Shown one piece after another: positions 1 through 10,100 of a stretch of DNA of 64,000 nt. The notes below the pieces were generated by a model. It had not been told where the DNA came from. It was given only the letters and a program-made list of their open reading frames with translations, and made no database searches. This DNA is from Myxococcales bacterium (GTDB lineage: Bacteria; Myxococcota_A; UBA9042; JABWCM01; BTVJ01), in contig BTVJ01000016.1 of NCBI GenBank assembly GCA_045863395.1, positions 1 to 64,000 on the forward strand, read 5' to 3'. Made by a program: the position numbers and the translations under genes. How positions within the stretch are numbered: position 1 is the first letter of the stretch; the number at the start of each line of letters is the position of its first letter.

Positions 1-250
1 GGGGGTCGGTTGCGCCGGGGGGGGGGCGGGCCCGACCCACCGAGCATGCGCCCGTGCGCGCAGTGGCCATGGAGGCCCCTGGCGAACCGGAGCGCTGCGG
101 GAGTGGCCCGAGCGCAAAACGTTGCGACAGACCTCGCAGAATTTGCGTGCCCCCGCCTGCTGGGACCGACGCAGCGAGATGGGGCCGGGCCCCATTGACC
201 GGAGCACCGCGCGCCCCGCATGATGGCGCCCACACCAGAAGGAGGTCCCC

Positions 251-1234
251 ATGAGCCGTCGTTGGCTGATCATCCTGGGCGTTGCCCTGTGCCTCACAGC
301 GTGCAAGAAGGACGCGGACTCCACCACCCCAACCCCCCAGGCCGTCTCCGCGCCCCTCCTGGGCGAGACCGTCGTCAAGAAGACGGACCCGGGCAGCGTG
401 GAGGTGAAGGTGGCGGACCCGGGAGCGGAGCCGCGGCGCGCGCTCCGCTACAAGTACCGGGCCGACATGACGGACGCCATGGTCATGGAGCTTATCATGC
501 GCATGTCCATGGAATTTGGGGGCAACTCGGTGCCGGAGATCCGCATCCCGCCCGTCCGCGCGACCCTCGCGATCAGCGACACGTCCCTCACCCCGTCGGG
601 GAACCTCCGGTACACGGGGACGTGGACGGAGACCACCGTCGTCGCCGACCCCGACACGCCGCGGCAGATGGTCGAGGCCCTGGAGGCCGAGTACAAGACG
701 CTGACGGGCCTGGTGGTGAAGGCCGAGGTCACGCCGCGGGGCGTGGTCGAGGAGATCGCCGTCACGCTCCCGAAGGGCGCCAGCCAGCAGTCGAAGCAGC
801 TCTTCGAGAGCATGGAGCAGGCCCTGCGGCAGATCATGTCGCCGCTGCCCGAGGAGCCGGTCGGCGTCGGCGCCTCCTGGACCGTCGCCATGAAGGTGGA
901 GACGCAGGCGCTCACGGTCACGCAGGAGGCCACCTACCGCCTGACCGGGGCGGACGGCGACGAGCTGAAGATCGACGTGGACATCACGCAGACGGCGCCC
1001 CCCCAGGACATGGCGCCCCCGGGGCTCCCGGCTGGCGCCAAGGTGCACCTGGACCGCCTCGACTCCACGGGGAAGGGCAAGATGGCGGTGAACCTGGGGA
1101 CGCTCGTGCCCCGGGTGGAGATGACCCTGTCCTCGGACATGGCGATGACGGTGGACGCCGAAGGAGAGCGCCAGGCCATGAAGATGACCATGGGCATCGA
1201 CGCCAAGATGGGACCGGCGGGCCCGAAGCCCTGA
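251..1234 (+). CDS. Hypothetical lipoprotein (possibly DUF6263-like beta-rich fold)
   Basis: GGAGG RBS before ATG; signal peptide with lipobox LTAC; beta-strand-rich body; high GC3 codon pattern. Confidence 0.75.
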   Translation: MSRRWLIILGVALCLTACKKDADSTTPTPQAVSAPLLGETVVKKTDPGSVEVKVADPGAEPRRALRYKYRADMTDAMVMELIMRMSMEFGGNSVPEIRIPPVRATLAISDTSLTPSGNLRYTGTWTETTVVADPDTPRQMVEALEAEYKTLTGLVVKAEVTPRGVVEEIAVTLPKGASQQSKQLFESMEQALRQIMSPLPEEPVGVGASWTVAMKVETQALTVTQEATYRLTGADGDELKIDVDITQTAPPQDMAPPGLPAGAKVHLDRLDSTGKGKMAVNLGTLVPRVEMTLSSDMAMTVDAEGERQAMKMTMGIDAKMGPAGPKP

Positions 1235-1242
1235 CGTCGCGG

Positions 1243-1707
1243 CTACAGCTCGCGCACGGCCGCCAGCACCTCCTCCACGTGCCCCGTCACCTTGACCTTG
1301 CGCCACACGCGCCGCACGACCCCCGCCGCGTCGATCAAGAAGGTCGCGCGCTCGATGCCCATGTACTTGCGGCCGTACATGCTCTTCTCCACCCAGGTGC
1401 CGAAGGCCTCGCAGGCGGCGCCGTCCACGTCGGCCCCCAGCGTGAACGGCAGGCCGTGCTTTGCCTTGAAGCGGTCGTGGCTCGCCGGGCCGTCCTTGGA
1501 GACGCCGACGATGACCGCGTCGGCGGCTCGGAAGTCCGGGAAGGCGTCGCGGAAGCCGCACGCCTCCTTGGTGCAGCCCGAGGTGTCGTCCTTCGGATAG
1601 AAGTACACGATCACGGGGCGGCCGCGCAGCGCGGACAAGGTGATGGTGCCTCCCCCGTCCGTGGCCAGGGTGACGTCGGGGGCGAGGGCGCCGGGCTCGA
1701 TGCTCAT
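1243..1707 (-). CDS. bcp: Peroxiredoxin BCP (thioredoxin-dependent thiol peroxidase)
   Basis: YFYPKDDTSGCTKEAC motif, GVSKD, EKSMYGRKYMGIERATFLID; GAGGAGG RBS. Confidence 0.95.
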   Translation of the reverse strand: MSIEPGALAPDVTLATDGGGTITLSALRGRPVIVYFYPKDDTSGCTKEACGFRDAFPDFRAADAVIVGVSKDGPASHDRFKAKHGLPFTLGADVDGAACEAFGTWVEKSMYGRKYMGIERATFLIDAAGVVRRVWRKVKVTGHVEEVLAAVREL

Positions 1708-1726
1708 GGGTCCTCCTCAGAGACGG

Positions 1727-4700
1727 TCAGGGGATGGCGCGCCGGGGAGCCACCCCGAGCGCGCGCAGCAGATCCAGGTGCTCGGGCCGCGTGAAGCGGT
1801 GTCTCCCCGCTCTGGCGGCGGTGCGGATTCGGTCCTCGATGGAGCAGCGCAGGTCCGGGCGGGACGCGATCAGCGCCGTCAGCGGGTGGCGCGCCGCCTG
1901 TTGGCCGGACGAGAGCAGGAGGTCCAGCAGGGCGTGGACCTCGCCGGCGCGCGCCGTCTCCCAGGCGTGGCGCTCCAGCACCTCCCCGGCGCGCTCCGGG
2001 GGCACGAGCCAGAACCGGGTCGTCCCCCCCTCGTGGATCACCGTGCCGTCCATCAGGATGGCGGCAAAGCGATGGTCGGGGTCCGGGTCGGGGAACAGCT
2101 CGCGAATCCGCGGGTCGTCGGCATCGACGTAGGGCACGGCGCCGGTGGGCAGCGTGACCCAGCCGCCGGCGATGCGCTCGGAGAGCACCCCGACGAGCCG
2201 CGCCTCGGCAGCCTCGGCCGCCCGGCGCGCCGCAGCGGATCGGGCACCGTCGTCGATGCCCGCTTGGTGGACCGTGCCCTCCAGGAACAGCCGCCGCAGA
2301 GCGTCCACGCCGGCCAGGGCGAGGATGTCCTGCCAGGAGCGGCGAGGCACACGGCCTTCCCACTTCGGTTCGCGGGCAAGCTCGCGGATCCGCAGCAGCA
2401 GACCGTCCCAGAGGGCTGGAACTGCGACCAGGTGGGCCCAGACCGTGTGGTTCGGTGGGTGGCGCCGCGCCCGCACCGCCAGATCCAGGAGCGCGATGAG
2501 GTCGTCGCTCTCCAGCGCCCGCCGCGCGGCGGCGTCCACCAGGCGCTCGGCTGCCCGCGGGCTGCACAGCCGCACACGCTGGCGTCCCCCCTCCAGGTGC
2601 AGGGCGCCGTCCTCCAGCACCGCGATGAGGCGCGCCCACGGGACCGCGCGGGCGGGGATGCGCTCCAGGATGGCCGGGTCCTCGGCGTCCAGAAACGGCG
2701 CCACGTCCTCGTGGACCTCCACCCACCCCTTGGAGGCGCGGTCGGCGATGAGCTCCGCCAGGCGATCCCCGGGAGGAGGCCTCACGGAGGTCCCCTTCCG
2801 TGCGGCGGCGAGGGCCGCTACGCCTGGTAGCAGCAGCTTGCTCCCGAGCGCCGCGAGGATCGCCTCGTCGACCCCTGCCTCCGCGAGCACGTCGAGCTGT
2901 GGCCGCCGGGTGATTCGCCCAGCGTAGCCGGTGTCAGACGCGCGCTCCTTGATGCGCGAGAGCAGCGCCGCGCGCCGATCAGCGCGAGCCGCGACCCAGC
3001 CGTGCAGCGTGGGCTGCTGCGTCGTCTCGCGGGCGCGAATGGCGAGGTCCAGCAGGACGTGCAGGTCCGTCTCGCCAAGGACGCGGGCCCACCGCTCCCG
3101 CAGCAGCGCCTCCACCCTGCGGGGAGGACACAGCCTCACCCGCGTGCGGCCGCCCTCCAGATGGAGCGAGCCGTCGGCCAGCACGGCCGCGTGGAGCAGC
3201 CCCGGGGCACCCGCGACGGGCACCAGCTCCCGCACCGCCGGGTCGTCGGGCCGCACGAAGGGCACGATGTCCTCATGCACCTCCACCCAGCCGTCCGTGG
3301 TCGCGGCTGCCAACAGCTCGTCGAGGCGGCTGCGGGCCGGACGGGGGGGAGCCACAGGGACGCGGGCCTCATCCAGCGACGGGTCGCCGGTCAGCCCCGC
3401 CAGGATTGCGCCCCCGACCCCAGCCTGGCGCAGGATCTCCACGTCGCTGCGCCGGGCCAGGCGGACCCCCGGCGGCGCGGCCTCCGCCAGGACGCGGAGT
3501 CGAGCGAGGAGCTGCTCACGTCCGGGGCCGCGAGCGAGGCGCGCCAGTGCAGTGCCGGACCTGGGAGCGCCCGCCGCCAGGGTCGCCGTGTGAAGGAGCC
3601 GGTGGAGGTCGTCCTCCTCGAGCAGGGCAGCCACGCGCGCGTCGACGAGGGCCCGGGCCACTGCGGGCGGGCAGAGCCTCACCCGGGTGACCCCACCCTC
3701 CATGTGCAGGGAGCCGTCGCGCAGCACGGCGACCAGAGCCGCCCAGGGGCTCCCGCTGCGGATGACCTCGGTGATCGCCGGGTCGTCGGGTCGCAGCGGC
3801 GGGGCGTCCTCCCGAAGCTCCACCCAACTGGCGCGCTCCTGAATCAGGGCGTCGAGGCGCGCGGAGGGCGACGGCTCGGGCGGCGCGCGGTCCAAGCGCT
3901 GCTCTGGTGGCAGCTCCCGCAGGCGCCGAAGCCGGCGGATGGTCACCTCGTCGACCCCGGCCTCACGGAGCATCTCCCCCGCGCCCGCGCCCAGCGGCGG
4001 GTCGGCGGTCGCGCCCGGGGCCAGCGCGCAAATCCGGGCGTCGAGCGCGACCAGGGCGCTTGGACGCGCGGCAACCGCCTCATACAGCAACGCGCTGGGC
4101 CGTGAGTCACGCACGCAGGCGCGGAGATGCAGCAGCACCCGCAGGTCGTCGCCAGCAAGCACCTCCGCGATGCGTGCCTCGATGAGCCGCTCCGCCTCGG
4201 CCCGTGCAACGACACGGAGCCGGCGAGCCCCCCCCTCCAGGTGAATCCCGCCGTCGCCGGAGCGCACGCCAAAGGCCCACCACCGACCGCCGCCGGAGAT
4301 CGCCGCCGGGTCGCGAGCCACCGCCCCGACCACGGAGGCGTCCAGCTCGACGGCGCCAGCGGCGAGGAGCGCTTCGATCTCTTGCTCCAGCGCTGCGGCC
4401 GGATCGGGCGGCCGAACGGGGACGGCCAGGCGCGCCTGGACCTCCGCGGGCAGAGAGCGATCACCCGCAAGGCGCTTGAGATCGTCGTCCGTGGCCAGCG
4501 TCGAAAGCAGGGCGAGCAGCTCGGGCTCGGCAAGGCGCTGGGTCTCGATGGGGGCACGCTGGCGGATGCGGTCCTCCAGGGTCGCGACCAGGCCCAGCTC
4601 TTCGATGGCCCGCTCGACGGGCGTGCGGCCGGCGCCACCACGGGTCGCGCGAAGCAGCAGCGCGAGCAGGTGGTGGAGGGTCGTCGCGCACTCGACGGCG

Positions 4701-4996
4701 CCACGCGCGGCCGCGGCGACCATCGAGGCCCCGCGCTCCTGCGGCACCATCCAGACGCGGCGGGCTCCGCCCTCCAGCACCACGGTCCCATCGGCAAGTC
4801 GCAGGGTGTAGCGGGCCCAGCCGGGACCGAGGGGCACGTGCTCGACGACCCGCGGATCCGCGGGGGCAACGTAGGGGGCGGCCTCTTCGGAGACCTCGAC
4901 CCACCCATGGGCCCGCGCATCGGCGATCAACGCCTCCACCCGGGCAAGCAGCTCTGCTCGGGTCGGCCGTCCGCGGCGATCTCGTCGGGTCGTCAT
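1727..4996 (-). CDS. Hypothetical protein made of six tandem ~180-aa repeats
   Basis: Motif WVE..E..P...DDP...E......L.DG.(L/I)H.EGG..R(V/F).L.P recurs six times; start taken at ATG 4996 (ORF open from 5014). Confidence 0.8.
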   Translation of the reverse strand: MTTRRDRRGRPTRAELLARVEALIADARAHGWVEVSEEAAPYVAPADPRVVEHVPLGPGWARYTLRLADGTVVLEGGARRVWMVPQERGASMVAAAARGAVECATTLHHLLALLLRATRGGAGRTPVERAIEELGLVATLEDRIRQRAPIETQRLAEPELLALLSTLATDDDLKRLAGDRSLPAEVQARLAVPVRPPDPAAALEQEIEALLAAGAVELDASVVGAVARDPAAISGGGRWWAFGVRSGDGGIHLEGGARRLRVVARAEAERLIEARIAEVLAGDDLRVLLHLRACVRDSRPSALLYEAVAARPSALVALDARICALAPGATADPPLGAGAGEMLREAGVDEVTIRRLRRLRELPPEQRLDRAPPEPSPSARLDALIQERASWVELREDAPPLRPDDPAITEVIRSGSPWAALVAVLRDGSLHMEGGVTRVRLCPPAVARALVDARVAALLEEDDLHRLLHTATLAAGAPRSGTALARLARGPGREQLLARLRVLAEAAPPGVRLARRSDVEILRQAGVGGAILAGLTGDPSLDEARVPVAPPRPARSRLDELLAAATTDGWVEVHEDIVPFVRPDDPAVRELVPVAGAPGLLHAAVLADGSLHLEGGRTRVRLCPPRRVEALLRERWARVLGETDLHVLLDLAIRARETTQQPTLHGWVAARADRRAALLSRIKERASDTGYAGRITRRPQLDVLAEAGVDEAILAALGSKLLLPGVAALAAARKGTSVRPPPGDRLAELIADRASKGWVEVHEDVAPFLDAEDPAILERIPARAVPWARLIAVLEDGALHLEGGRQRVRLCSPRAAERLVDAAARRALESDDLIALLDLAVRARRHPPNHTVWAHLVAVPALWDGLLLRIRELAREPKWEGRVPRRSWQDILALAGVDALRRLFLEGTVHQAGIDDGARSAAARRAAEAAEARLVGVLSERIAGGWVTLPTGAVPYVDADDPRIRELFPDPDPDHRFAAILMDGTVIHEGGTTRFWLVPPERAGEVLERHAWETARAGEVHALLDLLLSSGQQAARHPLTALIASRPDLRCSIEDRIRTAARAGRHRFTRPEHLDLLRALGVAPRRAIP

Positions 4997-5130
4997 GACG
5001 GAGCGTTGTATCACAAACCGGGGACGCTGCCACCGCCTGGCGACGCACAGCCGACGGAAGGCGCAAGAAGGGCAGCGCAGCGTTCGCAGTTCGCGTATAA
5101 GGCCACCCGGACCCTCACGAAGGAGCCCCC

Positions 5131-6246
5131 ATGTCCCTGCATCTGTTCGCCGTCACCATCCCCGGCCTGGAGCCCCTGACCGCGGCCGAGCTGCGCGCCC
5201 TGGGCGCTTCCGGGGTAGCCGCCACCGGGGGCGGGGTCACCTTCTCGGGTTCGCCCGAGCTGCTCTGGCGCGCCAACCTGGAGCTTCGCACCGCGACGCG
5301 GATCCTGCTGCGGGTGGGCGCCATCGACGCCTCTTCCCTGGACGCGCTGCGCCGCAACGCCGCCACCGTCCCCTGGGGCCGTCTCCTTGGCCCCGTCGGA
5401 GACCTGCGGGTCGCGGCCACCTGTCACGCCTCCCGGATCTATCACACGGGCGCGGCGGCTCAGCGGGTCGAGGCAGCCATCCGCGAGGCGACCGCGGCCA
5501 TGCCAGGCGCCCCGCCCGTCACCGTGGTCGCCCGCATCCACAAGGATCGGTGCACGCTGAGCGTGGACTCCTCCGGCGAACCGCTCCACCGGCGGGGCTG
5601 GCGCCAGGAGACCGCCAAGGCTCCGCTCCGGGAGACCTTGGCCGCCGCGCTGCTCGCCTTCGCCGGGTGGAGCGGCGACACCCCCCTGGTGGACCCCCTC
5701 TGCGGATCGGGGACCATCGCCATCGAGGCCGCGCTCCTCGCCATGCGCCGCCCCCCAGGTGCCGGCCGCTCCTTCGCGTTCATGAGCTGGCCCGGCTTCG
5801 ACGCCGCGCGGTGGGAGGCGCTCCGCGGCGAGTCGCTCGGCCGGGCGCTGGACGCGCCCCCCGTGCCGATCCAGGCGTCTGACCGGGACGCTGGTGCCGT
5901 GGAGGCAACCCGACGCAATGCGGAGCGGGCGGGGGTGGCGGCGCACCTTCGCATCGACGTGCGGGCCGTCTCGGCGGTGGAGCCGAGCGCCCCGGGCGGC
6001 CTCGTCGCGTGCAATCCGCCCTACGGCGGCCGGATGGGGGGCCCGGACCTGCGGAACCTCTACGCAGCCCTCGGCAACCTGCTTCGCGGCCCCCTGCGAG
6101 GCTACGGACTGGCCCTGCTGACCACGGACAGGACCCTCGCCACGGCGACCGGCCTCCGCCTGGCGTCCGAGTCCCCGCCGCTGGCCCACGGAGGCCTGCG
6201 CGTGCGCGCGTACACGTTTGGCGCGACGAGCGCGACAGGGGGTTGA
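5131..6246 (+). CDS. THUMP-domain class I SAM-dependent RNA methyltransferase (RlmL/RlmK N-half-like)
   Basis: N-terminal PGLEPL..EL, LHRRGWR, APLRETLAA, DPLCGSGTIAIEAA, NPPYG; AGGAG RBS. Confidence 0.92.
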   Translation: MSLHLFAVTIPGLEPLTAAELRALGASGVAATGGGVTFSGSPELLWRANLELRTATRILLRVGAIDASSLDALRRNAATVPWGRLLGPVGDLRVAATCHASRIYHTGAAAQRVEAAIREATAAMPGAPPVTVVARIHKDRCTLSVDSSGEPLHRRGWRQETAKAPLRETLAAALLAFAGWSGDTPLVDPLCGSGTIAIEAALLAMRRPPGAGRSFAFMSWPGFDAARWEALRGESLGRALDAPPVPIQASDRDAGAVEATRRNAERAGVAAHLRIDVRAVSAVEPSAPGGLVACNPPYGGRMGGPDLRNLYAALGNLLRGPLRGYGLALLTTDRTLATATGLRLASESPPLAHGGLRVRAYTFGATSATGG

Positions 6247-6314
6247 CCCGCACGCCGCGGGCTGAGACAGTCTCACTGCGGCAGCACCATCCCCCCGGGT
6301 GGCATGGAGCAGAC

Positions 6315-6959
6315 ATGGTCGCCATCTTCGAGCCCGTCAACCCATGGTCATCAGAGAGGCTGGAGCGGTCGTCCCGCTTCAGGGCGGACGGTGGCGACCT
6401 GACCGACCGGGCGCTGCGCTTCGACCTGCTTGGCAGCGAGCGCCCGCGGACCGTGCAGACCCCTGGGCGCGCGACGGAGCACTGGCGCCGCGATGACCGG
6501 CGCGACTGGCCCCTGCGGCGCGAGGACGCCGACACGAGGAGGGACGAGCAGCCCTTCGGCCCCCCCCAGACCTACACACCCACCCTCGCAACGTCGGACC
6601 AGATCGAGCTGTGGCGTGCGTTCAGCGCATGGCGGGGCGAGGCGGGAGGCTCCGACCGCCGAGACGCCGAGCCTGTGACAGCGCTCCGAGGGGAGGGGAC
6701 GACCCGACCTGGCGAGCAGACGCCATCCTGGAGGCTCCACTCCGCAGTGCACCATGCCCGCCCGACCGGCTACGGGGCCGGCAGGTCCGTATCGGGGGCG
6801 CAGACCTGGTACACGCCCACCGGGCGCACGGCCGGCTACCCTGACTTCGTCGAGCGCACCACCACCCCCGTCTACGGGGGCATCGCGGTGATCCGCCTCA
6901 GCGACGTGGGACTCGCCCTCTCGGGGGGAGCCCCCCCACAGGCATTCGGGCTCGCGTGA
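6315..6959 (+). CDS. Hypothetical protein (probably partly disordered)
   Basis: GGAG RBS before ATG 6315; fills the gap between two + strand genes; no recognisable motif. Confidence 0.55.
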   Translation: MVAIFEPVNPWSSERLERSSRFRADGGDLTDRALRFDLLGSERPRTVQTPGRATEHWRRDDRRDWPLRREDADTRRDEQPFGPPQTYTPTLATSDQIELWRAFSAWRGEAGGSDRRDAEPVTALRGEGTTRPGEQTPSWRLHSAVHHARPTGYGAGRSVSGAQTWYTPTGRTAGYPDFVERTTTPVYGGIAVIRLSDVGLALSGGAPPQAFGLA

Positions 6960-7109
6960 ACGCCCTCGGGCGGTCCCGGGTCGAGCTGTCACCGGATGTG
7001 TGACGATTCGGCGATCTGGCTGGCGACACGCATCACCGGCGCGGTATACAGCGCTGCCTGACGGGGCGTCCCCCGGCCGGCCCGACCTTCCGTGACCCGG
7101 AGCCAGACC

Positions 7110-10100
7110 ATGAGATCGACAGACCTTCGCCGCTTCACCCTCGCCGTGCTCGCCGCGGCCATCTTCGCCACGACCGGGTGCCGCGATGACGCCGGAGACG
7201 GCGGCACGTTGATCAACGATGCCGGCGACGACGGCACCGCCGCGGACGTCTCCGACGCGGGGGGCGGCGACGGTGGCGTGCCGGACGGCGCAGCCGGTGG
7301 GGACGGCGGGTCGGACGCCGCGGACACCACGGGCGGGGGTGACGGAGGCCCGGGGGACACGCAGGGGACCGACGGCGACGCGGCCGATCCGGGGGACACT
7401 CAGGAGACCGACGGCGACGCGACCGATCCGGGGGACACGAGTGCGGGCGACACCGGCCTGAGCGACGCGGACCCGGGCGACGCGGACCCGGGCGACGCGC
7501 ATCTGAGCGATGCGGACCCGGGCGATACGGCCACACCAGCCGATACAGCGGACCCGGGTGATACGAGCACCCCAGCGGACACGACGGACGCGGGCGGCGA
7601 CACGACCGAGCCTCCGGTGGGAGAGGTCGTGGACTGCGAGAACCCGCCGCTGGTGCCGGTCCCCGCCGGTCAGACCTGCGCAGCGACCACGGGCTCGGAC
7701 GTCATCCTCCTGCAGGGGCGCATCCTGGGGCCCTCGAAGGTGCTGCTCTCCGGGCAGGTGCTGATCCAGGACGGGGCCATCCAGTGCGTGGGCTGCGACT
7801 GCGACGTGTGGCCCGAGGCCAAGTCGGCGACCCTCGTCCACTGCCCGAACGGCGTCGTCTCACCGGGCCTGATCAACGCCCACGACCACATCACGTTCAC
7901 GATGAGCCCCCCCGTGGGCCACGGCGACGAGCGCTACGAGCACCGCCACGACTGGCGCAAGGGGCAGAACGGCCACACCAAGCTGTCGGTGAGCCAGAAC
8001 TCCTACAGCAAGGGAGAGTCCTGGGGCGAGCTGCGGATGCTGCTCTCCGGCGTCACCTCCATCAACAGCTCCGGCGGCGAGGAGGGCTTCCTACGCAACC
8101 TGGACAAGAGCTACCTGCTGGAGGGACTGCCGGGCAAGAAGGGAGCCACCTACGACACCTTCCCCCTGGGCGACTCGTCGGGCTACACGGCGGCGGCGGG
8201 ATGCGGCGGGTACTCCATCGACCCGGCGACGAGCATCGCGGGCGACCAGGCCTACTGCCCCCACGTGGCGGAGGGCATCAACGAGTTCGCGCACAACGAG
8301 TTCCTGTGCCTGAGCGGGACCGGCAGCGGCAGCCAGAACTACCTGATGTCCAACGTGGCGTTCATCCACTCCATCGGGGTGACGGCCATCGACATCGGGC
8401 TCATGGCGCTCCAGTCGACGAGCCTGATCTGGTCGCCGCGGTCCAACATCGACCTCTACGGGCACACGGCGGCCGTGACCATCTACCGCGCCCTCGGCGT
8501 GGTGATCGCCCTCGGCACGGACTGGAGCGCGTCGGGGTCCATGAACATGCTGCGCGAGCTCCAGTGCGCCGACTCCCTGAACTCCGACCTGTACGGCGGC
8601 GCCTTCAGCGACCAGGAGCTCGTGCAGATGGCGACGATCAATGGCGCGGTCGTGCTGGGCGTCGACGACGTGCTCGGGTCCCTCGCGCCGGGCAAGGTGG
8701 CGGACATCGCGGTCTTCCGCGCGGCGCCGGGCGCGACGTGGCGGGGGGTGCTCGACGCCGAGGTCCAGGACACGGCGCTGGTGCTGCGCGGCGGCCTGGT
8801 GCAGCTCGGCGACGCGGACCTGGTCGGCAAGCTCCCCAAGGGCGGCCCGAGCGACTGCGAGCCCCTGGACGTGTGCGGGGTCCCCAAGAAGGTCTGCACG
8901 CCGCGGGAGATCGGGATGACGCTCGCGCAGCTCCAGTCGGCCATCATGGCGTCCTACAGCAAGACCTACCCGCTGTTCTTCTGCGGCGCCCCGCAGAACG
9001 AGCCGAGCTGCACGCCGTTCCGCAAGGGTGAGTTCGACGGCAAGCCCAAGGCCGGCGACATGGACGGCGACGGGATCGCCGACGCCGCCGACAACTGCCC
9101 GGACGTCTTCAACCCGCCCCGCCCCATGGACAAGGGCAAGCAGCCCGACGCCGACGGCGACAAGCAGGGCGACGCCTGCGATCCCTGCCCCTTCGACGCC
9201 AACTCCACGGCCTGCACCTCGGTGGACCCGAACGACGTGGACAGCGACGGGGTCCCGAACGCGACCGACAACTGCAAGAGCGCGGCGAACCCCGACCAGA
9301 AGGACGCGGATCAGGACGGCAAGGGCGACGCCTGCGACCCCTGCCCCGCCTTCCCCAACCCGGGCGCTTCAGGCTGCCCCACGTCCATCTACGCCATCAA
9401 GAAGGGCGTCGCGGGGCCGGGAGACTCCGTCATCGTGCAGGACGCCGTGGTCACGGCGGTGGGCACACAGGGCTTCGTCATGCAGGCGCGCCCGGACACG
9501 GGGGCCTGGGAGGGTCCGAAGTTCTCGGGCCTCTACGTCTACACGAAGGGCGCGATCGCCGTGGCACAGGGAGACCGCGTGGACGTGACGGGCGCGGTGA
9601 GCGACTACTACGGCCAGCTCCAGCTCATCAACGCCAGCGTCAAGGTGCTGCCCGGCAAGGGTGTGCTGCCCGACCCGGCGGACGTCGCGAACCCGGCGCT
9701 CCTCGCGACCACGAGCGAGGAGGCGGACGCCTGGGAGAGCGTACTGGTCCGCGTGGGGCCCGTCACGGTCACCAGCGTGGCGCCAGACCCGGCCGGCGAG
9801 AAGGGAGACATCAACGAGTTCGTCGTGACCGGTGAGCTGCGGGTGGACGACTTCTTCCATCTCATCACGCCGTTCCCGACCGTCGGCGAGACCTTCGAGG
9901 GGCTGACCGGCGTCATGCGCTGGTCCTTCAAGAACATGAAGCTGGAGCCGCGGGACGCCCTCGACGTGCAGAAGGGCCCGCCGGCGCTCCTCGGCTTCGC
10001 GCCGCCCCTCGTGGCCATCAAGGCGGGCACCGCCGGCACCACCACGCCCCCGCTGACCGTCAAGCTCACCGGGCCGGCCAAGGCGCCGACCGACATCGCG

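Noticed and set aside
113..126. CGCAA-N4-TTGCG palindrome upstream of the first gene
   Set aside because: Too short to distinguish from chance without comparative data.
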